A DNA stretch of 60,081 bases, the filler included, from Diploschistes diacapsis (Eukaryota): NCBI GenBank assembly GCA_023645945.1. It is 5 parts of 5 records of this genome, joined end to end, with 100 filler letters (N's around TTAATTAATTAA, not from the genome) between each part and the next. Parts side by side here need not be neighbours in the genome. Positions count along the whole stretch, not along the records: positions 48,156 to 60,081 come from JALAIB010000784.1; 4 more parts are not named here. One strand, written 5' to 3'. A model generated the notes under the pieces. It ran no database searches. It was not told the origin of the DNA and saw only the letters and a list, made by a program, of their open reading frames with translations. Position numbers and translations under genes: made by a program. Of this stretch, positions 48,156 to 59,800 are shown piece by piece. Each line of letters begins with the position of its first letter. Positions within the stretch are counted from its first letter, which is position 1.

Positions 48156-50180
48156 GCGCTGGGGCTGTGGAGGGGGGAAAGGACGAGGCCTTGGTGATGC
48201 TGCTGGAAAGAGCTCTGAGAGGGTGATGGAGTTGTATAAAGATTCCATTTTGGAGGAACGAGGGGCGTCATGAGGGCATATACTGGATATGGGTGGTTAT
48301 GACTTCGACGAGGGGACATTGTTTACGTTAGCGGATACGTTGGCTCTTGCCCGTTGCCTGGTGCAAAACGAGCTGTGGCCCTGGGCGCGCTCCTGTAAGT
48401 ATACATCCTCTTGCCCTACCATCCCAGCGAAGTGCCATTGTTGAGCGATTGCAGCAAAAGCTTCGATGTCTACGAGAATCACACTTACAGCATGTATGGA
48501 GCGCTCCAATACTCCATCCAGACGTCGTGTCTTTTTGAAGCGTTTCGCCGTTTCCGACTCTATTCGACCTGTCTACTCCCATAAGATCACATGCATACTC
48601 TTATACACCCACTCTTTCATTTCCATAAACAATAAAAATAAAAGCAGAAAACCCCTTCTCCAGATTTCCCTTTCCACCTTCTCTATCTATCCCTCGCGCT
48701 ATCCCCAAAAAGGCCCTCAATAGCCCTTTCAACTTTATTTTCCCCAGTCCACCACTCTTTATCCCCACACCCACGCTAAAACACCAAGAAACCGCGTTAA
48801 GGGCTATTGACACCCAAAAGCGGCAAGTGCGCCCCCCCTTTTGGCTTTATGTTCATTGACTTTGATGCGTTTACTTGAGGCCTATTGATTGCCATCATCG
48901 GTATCGGTCAATCAGCAAACAATCCAGACTGTTGATTTCAATTCGAGGTCGAGGGCATGGCGGCAATACGCAAGCAATATGCAGTATTTGCACGCAAAGC
49001 ATATACGATTCATCAAATGGCCGTATTCAACCCCTACGGGAGACAAAAGGCTCATGGTGTTCTATTAGTTTGTCAAGGCGCCGGAAAGCATGGCAGGGGA
49101 TGGCAGTGACTGGGGCCTGCTCGTTTAGGGTTCTGTGATTGTTTTCATTAGCGCTTGCCATTTGTATACAGGTACGCACATACATACCGACATTGGTTGG
49201 GATTGAAGGCTAACCCTGGTCAGGTTGGGTTCCTGGTATTATACGATGCGATGCGATGGAATATTGCGGTGCCTTAGGCGAGGCAAAGGTGCTTCGTCGC
49301 CCGCTGCTGCTATGGTCTTAGGATTCTATATGCTTGTAGAGGGAGAAATTGAGGGTTGTATTAAATTGCATCTGCCGTATATTGTACGAAAGCAGGCAAG
49401 CAGCAGAGTTAGCCAACTACCACCACAGCTTCCGGGAGAGAAGCCGCTCTGGAACATTCAAGATGAAGCCTGAGGTTAGTGTACTCCATCGTCCTTGTTC
49501 CGGCCTTCTTGTCTACACCTCCTGTCCTCTTCCCCTTCACCTCTTCAGTGCCTCGGTATCCGTACTCTCTTTCTCTTTTGCTCGATTCCTGGCTCCTCTG
49601 CCGCAATATACTCCTACCCTTTTCCCCCTTGTCCCCCACTGACATTAGTCATCCTTATTCATATGCCTTTCGTCCTTATTGAATACTCGATCTCCTTTAT
49701 TGTTATCTTGGCACTGGCTCGCTCACTGACTCCATATCTTTCTCAGTGCCATCGCTCTCTTTATTGTCGGACCTCAGCAGGGCCCTTCCCTTCAAAGTAC
49801 ACTCGTTATTCTGGGTTCTTTGCTCACTCCAATCCATATGTTGCTCAGTCCTTTCGATTGATCACTCTCCCTTCTTCTTCTTCATTCCTATATTTAGCCT
49901 TCTTGACGCTTTCGAGCACATATTCTCTTGCTTGTTTGTCCTCCTTCTCCTTCTCCTTCTTGTTGTCTCAAAGTATCTTATCTCCTATCACTCCTACCGT
50001 GAACGGACTCCCCATATTTAGCCCGGTGCTATCGAATATATAATCTCACTTCTGTCCCCCGAGCCAGAAGTTGTCGTTTCCGTACGCCAGTCACCCTTCC
50101 ATCCCGCTCAAGAACACTACCATCCCAGCTAACCAGCATCCAGCACCCAGTTTCTTCCCAGAACTCAGCAATCACCAACT

Positions 50181-51155
50181 ATGCAGCTCCACCACTTCCT
50201 CTGCCTCACCCTCAGCACCATTTCCCTCATCCGAGCTACCGCCCTCCCCTCGTCAACCGCCGCCGATGACAAGCCGACGCTCACGGACGCTATCGTCCCG
50301 AGGCAGGTTCCAAGCTCGGAGGATGTTGAGCAGCGCAAGCGCCAAGAATTCGGTACGTGGGATCCTTCTTTTGTCGGATGGCACGACCCAGCGGCCCAAG
50401 CCAAGGCGACCCGCTACCCGCACCAACCAGGTGAGACGGCGATATGAACTAGGTCGAGCTTTTTGTTCCGATCGAGCCTTCTCTTCGGTGCCGTGCGATC
50501 CTTTCCCATGTTTGCCAGGCTCGGACTGTGTCCGCCTGTGCAGTGCATGACGGCGGAAATCGAGTAGCGGTGACGGTAGCCCTGGCGGATTGTCTGGGTC
50601 GTTCCATGTACCACCATTTTCCTATGTCCCCTGTGCTTGAAGCCCTGCTCGCACATTCACTGCTGGCGTTTGCGCTCTTAGTTTCTTTTCCTTTGTCCCC
50701 TTGTTTTCACCCAAGTCAAGTACCTAAGAACCCAATTCTAACTTGTGGTGTTCATTCTAGCTGTCACCGTTCGCCATGCCGATGCCGATGCCGATGCCGA
50801 GGCTGATGCTGATGCTGGCCCTATCGCCGAGGCTGAGTCCAACACCTGGTGCCATCGCAAAGGTGAATCCTGCTGGAAGAAATTGAAGCGCTCTGCGTTC
50901 CCCATGCCCGAGCCGGAAGCCAAGGCCGAAGCGGGCTTCCTGAGTGGTAGGTCTAATTGGTGCAATCGGCGCGGTGAGCCGTGCTGGAAGGTCAAGCGCG
51001 CGGCGGACGCGCTGGCGGACGCACTTGCCGACGCTGATGCCGATGCCAGTCTTGGTGAGTAAAAGCGTGCCTATGATCGGGGCCGTGGGTATTTGGAGGC
51101 TAACGTGAATGCCCTAGTGAAAGATGCTCTCGCTCACATACACGCATCTGGATGA
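50181..51155 (+). CDS. Alpha-factor-like pheromone precursor (ppg1/ppgA/ccg-4 class); 3 exons, 193 aa predicted
   Basis: join(50181-50430,50761-51054,51118-51155), both introns phase 1 with GTGAG donors, CTAAC branch points and TAG acceptors; signal peptide MQLHHFLCLTLSTISLIRATA; X-A/X-P dipeptide runs; cores WCHRKGESCW and WCNRRGEPCW, each followed by a KR site. Confidence 0.85.
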
Positions 51156-51249
51156 GTCTTGCTATAAGGCCAAGCGAGATCTGTAAGTGCTTCGGATCGC
51201 GCGTGATGAGTGGAAGGGCACCTTCTAACCTGGTTAGGTGCCTATTGGG

Positions 51250-51408
51250 TGGACTTAGTGTTTTTCGTGGTGTTTTCTTGGATCTTCCTCTGGGCCCTTT
51301 TCCTGGTACTGGCGTTTGGTTAGCTGCCCTTTTAGATGGACTTAGTATTTTTCGCCCCTTTCTCTTGGATGTTTCTTTGGACTTATTTCCTGATACTGGT
51401 GTTGGGCT
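51250..51408. repeat. Degenerate direct repeat, 87-nt period, 2 copies
   Basis: tggacttagtgtttttcg...ttggatcttcctctgg...tttcctggtactggcgtt at 51250 versus tggacttagtatttttcg...ttggatgtttctttgg...tttcctgatactggtgtt at 51337. Confidence 0.75.
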
Positions 51409-52468
51409 GGAGTTTTGGCGTTAACCCCCAACCGACTGACATACTTCAATCCGCTCTTTTACAAAAAAACTTGCACCTAGCCTCAATCGCCCTCCTCTGC
51501 CTCGTCTGTTGGTCTCGCCGCTGGTGCCCCCTTGGCCGCGCTTGCAGCCACTTCAGCTTTAAATCTCGAGCAACACCTGTTTTGGGAAAGGCTGACCGGA
51601 TCTCACCTTCCTTGGTGACACTAATATGATTGCTAGAACTTTCAGGCCTTCTGTTGATCGATCCAGCTGCTCCTCAACAACGGCGGTTTTTCCAGGAATT
51701 TGTCGTTTGAGCGCCTGTTTCCGCACCAGGTCTTTCAAAGAACATTTATTAGTCTACTTATTCTAATATGATATTTTGAATTCTCGCGCTTGTATCCATG
51801 AAGGGTTTCGCATTCCATGAACATCATGTTTTCATGGCTTCATGACCCATAGCAGGGACATGGGCGTACATATTTGTGGGGTGTTTCCAGAGGACGGATA
51901 TTTTGAGTTCTACCAAAGCCATACTGAACAACATCAGAGGGGATATTGGGTTTGCAAGCTTAAGCACATACTGGACTATCCAGATTTTCATAAGATGTGC
52001 TTTTCTAACTAATAAAGGACGGAAATCACAAGATTTATTGAATGCATGAGTGCTTGACACAAACCACGTTGTACATTGTATTAAATGAATTGAGTTGTTG
52101 AAGCGAATTCTCACAAATCCGAGCAGCTGTGGCTGTGATAGTCGCGAGAGGGTAATGAGAAAAGGCAGACACCTTGACAGAAAAGGTGGCAACCGAAACG
52201 TTGGGGCAAGCTTTAAAGTCTAACCTTGAGGCAGGGTTTGGGGCAAAGCTGTGTTAGCCATATCGACAATGGCAAGGAGGGTCCGAAGGGTCTGGATCCG
52301 AGACTAAGACTCACATGCCATCCTCCGATCTATGGGTGGATCTGACCATGAATATGTATCCTGATAAGTGTCGGTGACAAGTAACCTATAAATAGCTCGA
52401 GCCTGACTATGGTAGCAATATCTACCTTAATCGTCAACAACTAGCCTAGTTCCACCATCTGAAGGGTT

Positions 52469-53230
52469 CTATAACATTTCCTCGTCCTCCTGTCTCCTTG
52501 CTACTTGTTGTGGCTGATAGTGGTACATGTGCTGGAACATGCCATACTGGAATTCCATGGGCTGGTTGCCTGCAAAGTCTCGCCACCACTCTTTGGCCGA
52601 AAAAGCAGGATCAAGTGCATGTGGCAGACCGACCGCTGAGCCCAGCGGTTGGTAGAAAGCCTTTGCTGACAAATGTGGTTGCAGTTGCGGCTGCGCCTGC
52701 AAATTATAGTCACGCTTGGCCAACAGTTCATAGCCAGACTCAATGTAAGGCTCGGCTGCTTTGACATCCTCGGATTTCTCATAAGCCATCTCCATATCTC
52801 CCAAATCCGCTGCGGCTGACGTTCTTTCGTATCTCAGCCTGTCTAGCTCTTCTTCTTTCTCGATTGTGGTATTTTCGAGCGAGCCGCTAGGTTGAATTGG
52901 TGAGATTTTCCATAGCTGAACCAGTCTTTCCCTTTGCTCTGTGTTTGCATTTTTGAAAAGGGTGATTTGGGACAGTGAAAGGCTTGTTGAATCGATACCC
53001 TGCTGCGATAATAACCGTGCTATAACCGACTGTGTCAGTTCACCAGAAATGGTGTCATCGGGCTGCTGCAACATGGGAACCCGGTGAGCCGAATGATGAT
53101 AGTGTTGGCTGATGCTGAAATTCGCACTCGGAGTTGGCGGAGGCCGGTCCTGCTGTTGAGGCTCGCTTTTGGCCTGCGGAATAGCGAAGTTCATCGATCG
53201 ATTAAACAAAGTTGCGAGCTCATCCTGCAT
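52469..53230 (-). CDS. Conserved fungal hypothetical protein
   Basis: Likely start MQDELATLFNRSMNF at 53230; blocks ISQHYHHSAH, GIDSTSLSLSQITLFKNA..Q..RLVQLW, AEPYIESGYELLAKRDY, which I recall from uncharacterised Pezizomycotina proteins. Confidence 0.7.
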   Translation of the reverse strand: MQDELATLFNRSMNFAIPQAKSEPQQQDRPPPTPSANFSISQHYHHSAHRVPMLQQPDDTISGELTQSVIARLLSQQGIDSTSLSLSQITLFKNANTEQRERLVQLWKISPIQPSGSLENTTIEKEEELDRLRYERTSAAADLGDMEMAYEKSEDVKAAEPYIESGYELLAKRDYNLQAQPQLQPHLSAKAFYQPLGSAVGLPHALDPAFSAKEWWRDFAGNQPMEFQYGMFQHMYHYQPQQVARRQEDEEML

Positions 53231-54174
53231 CTTCAGATCGGTTTCTCTTAGGGTCAGTCCGCACTGCAAAACTTGGTTAACGGTAGCAAAAAAGGTGAGA
53301 GATAACTTGCTTACTGCAGGGCATGCAGCAAGCCATTCGTTCTGGAGAAAACTCGAAGAAAAGCCTCCAGCATGACCACAATTTGAGCATTTTGTCATTA
53401 GAGCTTCAGGAGAAGCCATGATGGATAGCTAGGAACTAGCTGAAGAGTCAGGTAAGAGAGGGGGCCTTGGGGAAAGCTCCAGATAGACAAAGGGCAGCAA
53501 TACACTAAGATTAATTCGCTATCTGATCCTAACGCTAAGGGTTTTGAGCCTAATGCTCCTATGCTGTTAGACCCTAGGAATAGCCCCTGCTGTGTAGGTT
53601 GTTGTGGAGACCCAAAACCTATGTGTATGTGACGTGTCTGCTGTGACTTGTTAGAGTCTGATTCGTAGGCCTTTGAGCTTGAGATAGCCAAATAAACTAT
53701 TAGCTGAAGCGAGCTATGAACGCTTGCAACAAAGTAAGAGGAACAGAGCACAAGAGTCCGAAGGATAATGAAAAGAGGAACGAAACACAATTATAGGTCT
53801 GAAGGGAGGAAGTCTGATGATCTCACAAAGAACTATACTGCTGCATGTGAGATTGGGGGGTTTGAAACGGTGCAGTTCTGAAACGAGTCTGTGGCGCGTT
53901 TGACGCTGGAGATTTATTTCCCCATAAGTCCGGACCGGACCGCGTGCTGATAGTAGGATGGAGTGTATTTATAAGAAGGGGTCCCGGTAGATGAGAGAGG
54001 TGTAGGTACAAAAAGGAGCCTGAGCTACGGTGATTGACGCGACAGGGCAGTAGCCTAGTAACGGAGCGTCAAGTTCTGCTCACATATGAGCTTCAACCCA
54101 TCACATCGTCTCTTATCCGTGCGTTTGTCTTCCGATTCACCAAACAGTGTGTCTAGAAATCTACTTTCGCCATT

Positions 54175-55256
54175 ATGGTACGTTACCGTCCGATCTCGGT
54201 CTGCGTTGCTCATACTCTTAACCTATGTATAGACTTCGATAGGCACGGGGTATGATCTACAAAACTCTATCTTCTCTCCAGACGGCAGAAACTTCCAAGT
54301 ATGACCACATTCGAGCGGATCATCTAGAATCATACTCATCCGTGGCGTAAAGGTTGAATATGCGGTCAAAGCAGTTGAGAATGGCGGCACCTCGATTGGA
54401 ATTCGATGCAAAAACGGTGTCGTGCTAGCCGCGGAGAAATTAATTACAAGCAAGCTTCTGAAGCCCGGCTCCAATAGGCGAATAGCTACGGTCGATCGCA
54501 ACTTTGGCGTGGTATGCCTCGCCCAATCGTTCACGGTCGTCCTGGAACGGCGTATGTCTGACATTGTGCTCTAGGTGTGCTCGGGTCTAATACCTGATGG
54601 GCGACATTTCCTGGCGAGAACTAGGGAGGACGCTGCAGATTGGCGGGAGCGAAACAAAAATCCTATTCCTGTCGCTTCGTTGGCCGATCATATGGGCAGT
54701 TACGTACAAAGCCACACCATGTTCAGCGGTATCCGGCCATTTGGGATAACGGCAATCATCGCAGGGTGGGACTCGGAAGCAGAGCTGCCTGTTGATGGAC
54801 AAGTAGGTTCAGGACCACGGTCAGGCTCCGGAGGGAAAGTGCCAGGAGTAAAAGCTGGCGGGCCAGGCCTTTACATGATCGAGCCGAGCGGTCTATATTG
54901 GGTATGAATTACCCATGCAAAAGGCAACTCAAGCTAATGAATTTCAGGGCTACTATGGTGCGGCAACTGGCAAAGGAAGACAGGCGGCAAAGGCAGAGTT
55001 AGAAAAGCTGGATCTCGCGGCCGGCGAGTTGTCGCTGGAAGACGCAGTCAAAGAAGCAGCGAGGATTATTTTCGTTGCTCACGAGGACAGCAAAGACAAG
55101 GAGTTCGAGCTGGAGATGACATGGGTCAGCTCTTTGGACGGTCCGACCAAAGGAAGGCATCAGCAAGTCCCTAAATCCCTGCTTGAGGAGGCGGAGAAGC
55201 TTGCTAGGAAGCACATGGAAGGGGACGACGACGAAGACGAAAAGATGGAGGAATGA
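54175..55256 (+). CDS. PRE10: 20S proteasome subunit alpha-7; 5 exons
   Basis: ATG-only first exon (54175-54177), then TSIGTGYDLQNSIFSPDGRNFQ/VEYAVKAVENGGTSIGIRC..., GLIPDGRHF, GLYMIEPSGLYW/GYYGAATGKGRQAAKAELEKL, HEDSKDKEFELEMTW. Confidence 0.96.
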
Positions 55257-55419
55257 TAGGTCGCAGACGTGTGGCCAAGATGTACAGTACCCATAGACTC
55301 TGGCGCAGCAAAGCATAGTAGGCGCAAGGCTTATATAACATCGGCTCTAGAGGTTATGGTCTATTCTCCATGTTCGACGCGGCGAAAATGCTAAATGATG
55401 CTTTCACGCTACCTACCTA

Positions 55420-56087
55420 CTATATCTTGCCCTCGGACCAATTCCTTCTCTTCGTGCCTAATTCGACCGCTGCCGATCCCCAATCTTCGCCGTGGCAGTG
55501 GCCTTTGCCCTGCATGCCTGCCCTGGCCATGGCTTGCTCTTCGTTCAGAACCGTTAAGAGACCGAAGATGACGGGCACTCCCGAATCAAGCTGAACCTTC
55601 ATTAGACCGTGGGAGACGGCATCTGCTATGTACTCGAAGTGCATCGTCTCACCCTTGATCAGAACGCCTATCGCTAGGATCGCATCGAATGCGGACGTCG
55701 AGCTCTTGCCGGAGCTTTGGTGCGCTTGGGTCGCAGTGGCGGTAAGATCGGTCGCGGACATGCTGGCCAGCAGATCCGTCGCAGATACGGCGCCGGAGGT
55801 GGACGATTGAATTGTGGAAGCGGAATAGATCCTTTGCACGGCGTATGGAAGTTCGTAACTCCCCGGTACGTCTTCTAGGACTATGTTCTCTTCCTTTACT
55901 CCCAAAGCTTTGAGAGATTTTTGGGCGCCCTCCACCAACGCGGATACTATGGTGCTGTTCCACCTTGCATGCACAATGGCAATTCTGAGGGCAGAACCTA
56001 CAAGGTCTTAGAGGCCAGATAGCTCATACGTGATAGGGAGGTACCATCAAGTTTCGGGGCGTCGCCGATGCCCTTTAATGCAGCCAT
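55420..56087 (-). CDS. RIB4: 6,7-dimethyl-8-ribityllumazine synthase; 2 exons
   Basis: Exon 56087-56045 (MAALKGIGDAPKLDG), intron 56044-55998, then SALRIAIVHARWN, VPGSYELP, IGVLIKGETMHFEYI, PVIFGLLT, HGEDWGSAAVELG. Confidence 0.95.
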
Positions 56088-56870
56088 GGTTTGTGAGCGT
56101 ACGTACAATACAGCAATAGGAGTAGATGTATCGTAGCAATTGACGAAGAGGGCGCCACACAGATTGCGAGCCAAAAGAATATCTAAAGCTATATACTATA
56201 CACCTATGTGCCAAGGACAAGCGACCTATACTTGATATAGATAGGTATCTGTGAAGCTGTATTTGTGTAACGTAACTCTAGCTGTGACTGTGTTGTATCT
56301 AGGTAGATTACAACCCCAAACTCCCTTGCCTCCAAACGGGTTCTTCGGTGGGGTGCAGCCCTACCAAGATACTAGAATCACGGATGGCCATTTCGTATCA
56401 TGGACGAGTCCTCGACTCTGTATGGATGGCCATTCAAAAGCTGCAGGAGCCGATGCGGTTTCATGCAGTAGCCCCAAATTCAACAAGAAGCGACTCACAG
56501 CAGTTGCGGCAGTAGGGGTATCTTTGTCTACACATACAGGGTCAGCCGAATGGCCCGAAAACTAGGGCGCTGCGCCAGGACTGTCAAATGACTGCATCTC
56601 GTGCCAACCTTTTTATGCTGCCATTGCTAGGCCTGCAACAGATGCAACAGATACAACAGATACGAACCTACCTATCTGTAACCTAGTAGGCACGCGCGTC
56701 CATGTCCCCTCGCTTCAGAAGCAAGCTTAGGACCATCCCCATCGATGTCAACGTCCTCGTGACTGGCCAGTCTGGATCTTCGTACTTTCCTTCCACTACT
56801 TCCCGTTGCTCTCCCCACCAACATGTGTTTTCATTGGAGACTTTTCTTTCGAGACTCATGACCTTCACCA

Positions 56871-59800
56871 ATGGCTTCGAACTCGACAGTAGCTCGCTAT
56901 CGCCCTGCCATCGCTGTTTTGGCGGCGTTGGCGGCTGGCTATACCATCTACTATATCCACAATAGCAGCCACTTTTCAATAGAGCCTTCGGCTAGCTCGC
57001 GACGGCTCTGGAGAAGCAATGCAGTCGTACATCGCCGCAATCGTCGCCAAGATGACGGGCCTCGAGACCCAGCAGATTGGCCGCGCTCCGCCTACGATGC
57101 TCCAAGATTGCTGCAAGAGTTTCGAGCTTGCTCGAATCCTCTAGCCACCTTTCGCTTCAACATCGGGACAAACGACCAAGGCTCTGTTCAATTCTTCGAA
57201 GTTCCCCTCAGTCCCGTCGCGTTCCCGTCGCTAGAGCTCATCAAGCAAGAATGCGGTGTAAGCGATGAAGGCGCCGAGGACATACGGCAGAACTACGAAA
57301 CGGCGCTCATGAAAGCCTTTCTATGTCAGCGACTGCCCCCAAACTGTTCGCTCATCGATCCCGGTGGGCTAAACGCTTTTGTGGATGCTTTCGAGGCGGA
57401 AGACTTTATCTTCACCGACTCGATACTCTTACCTATCGCTCAATTCAATGGTGGGGCATATGAATACTTGGACGAGCGCAGGGAGGCATACGAAAGCCGC
57501 AGCGTCCGCCCACCTGTGAGAAGACGATTGCGCTCCAGACAGGAAGCAGCTGCACAAGGGCCTGATACCACGGTTGTGCAACAAACGCCTCCAAGCCCAT
57601 CACAGCCTCTTGAGATCAATTCGGCCGAGACAACGCAGATATTCGAACCCGAAGACTTTGCTCTGCCATCAGAGGTGATGGAGGTTGACGAAGAAAGCGA
57701 GCAATCCTGGAATGGGGAGGAGAACGAAGAATCAAGAAGAGAAGGGCAAAGTCTATTAGACTTGCTATATCACATCGCGGAAGATCAGGCTCGGAGAGAA
57801 GGTGTTGTCCATCGTGGTGTATCCTGCAATAGCTGCAATGCTACTCCCATCCATGGCATCCGATATCGGTGCACCAATTGCGTCGACTACGATCTTTGTG
57901 AACAATGCGAAGCCATGCAGTTCCATATGAGGAACCACATATTCGTGAAGATCCGCATACCTGCGCCATCGCACAGCAGCACAAGGCCGCCCCAGCCAGT
58001 GTGGTACCCTGGCACTGCACAAAGTCTCCCAAACAGTCTTCCTCGAGATCTGAATAAATCATTGACCGAGGAGACAGGATTCTCCGACAATGAGGTGGAC
58101 GCAATGTGGGATCAATTCAAGAATCTTGCTGCCAGCCTATGGCAGGAGGATCCCGATAAGCTGGGCTATGCCATTGACAGGGAGGCCTTTGACAAATGCT
58201 TTGTCGTCAGTGCTCGCGCTACGAAGATGCCGCCAACATCCTTGATCTTCGACCGCATGTTCTCTTTCTACGACACGAATCATGACAGTTTGATAGGCTT
58301 CCGCGAATTCGTAGCCGGTTTGGCTGCAGCGCGAAGTAACGATCCTGACGAGAGGCATAAACGCATCTTCTTCGGCTTCGACTACGACGGGGATGGATAC
58401 GTTAGCCGAAGGGATCTCTTGGTGATATTCAAAGCTCACTACACTGTTCAACGAGAGTTTACACGTGAGCTTGTCACAGAGATGGAAGCAGATCTTCTTG
58501 AGGGTGGTACTCTCCGGGACAATATTTCAAGCAACCAACCCATCAGCGCAGCTTATCATGGATCGTTCAGTACTCTGGGAGGCCGTGCTGGAGAAGGCAA
58601 ACAGCGAGACGCCCATGGGGACATGGTCATTGTCGACAATGGTGGTGCAATTGCCGAAGACCCGACAGACGAGGGCGATCTCGATCAAATCATTGGCGAT
58701 CTACGCGAGATAGCTCAGTTTGGCAGTCTCCAGGATGAGGACATGGCAACTGTCCAGCCCGATATTCCGCCGTCCGCGCCCGAGGGAGGCAATCAAGTCG
58801 ACCACGGCGGTGTCATCACCGATGCAAGGCCTACCGAGATCACATCGTCTGAAGCTACGGAGAGAGCCAGCACTCCAGAAACTCTGGTCTCGACTCCCAT
58901 CAGCGAATGGCCGCCATCGCACGTAGCAGACCGAGACGTCGAGGGGGCGCTTGGTCATTCTGTTGCGCTCGGCGAGGTCACCAACGAGTCTGACCGTAAT
59001 AAGATTCTCAAGGCAGCAGCTAACAGGATCAAAGCGGAAGAGGAACGTCCAAGGCGGCAACAAGTGAGAGACTCGGCAGTTAGAGATCGACATAATCGCA
59101 GGCAATTCTATCTTGACGACGAAAACAAAGTATTGGACTCGCAAGTCATCCAAAGGCAGGTATCGCAATCAGCAACCAGTAGCGGAGCAGCGCAAGCAGC
59201 GCAAGGTCTCGGCTTGAGCGGACAATCTCACGAGCCCACGGTCGACGTCGGAAGGCCTCCTCCGAAGAATGATAAATCGGCTAAAGAACCGGCTAAAGTC
59301 TCATCGCCGGCTTTGCAAGCTTTCCGGGAACCGCCGCCCTTACCGGTGAACGTTGGGCAAGAAATTCTGTACCAGATCACGCAAGAGAGCATCAACGAGA
59401 TGCTCGACCCTATGTTCAAACTAAGGGAAGATCTGGCCATGGAAATTATAGAACTGGCTCCGCACTTTGAGAGCTGGAAGCACCATCTTGCAGCATACAA
59501 GCAAACGAAAGTAACTGAACTCTGCAAGCTGCAGATAGAGAGGATTCAGTCACTGTGGAGGAGATCGGCAAAGGACTTTACCTTGGGATCCTCGATCCGG
59601 TTCTTTCTACAGAAGTATATCGCCCACCAATCCGATATTGATCGAGAAGAGTATAGTAGCAATCTGCTTGACATGTTCCATGTCGGCATCATCGATAGGG
59701 AGACCCTGGAAAAGAAGCTCGAGGAGAAGCGACAGCACGACGAGGCCCATGCCGAAGCCGCGAAGAAGGCCGACCGAGAAACGACAGTGAAGCCATCCTT

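Noticed and set aside
49495..50043. 182-aa hydrophobic ORF upstream of the pheromone gene
   Set aside because: Product of a pyrimidine-rich low-complexity stretch, non-ATG start, no recognisable motif.
45198..51155. FAR11 (STRIPAK) next to the pheromone precursor as a mating/cell-fusion cluster
   Set aside because: They lie on different contigs separated by the artificial linker.
42358..56087. ABZ1 plus RIB4 as a vitamin-biosynthesis cluster
   Set aside because: Different contigs; both are ordinary dispersed housekeeping genes.
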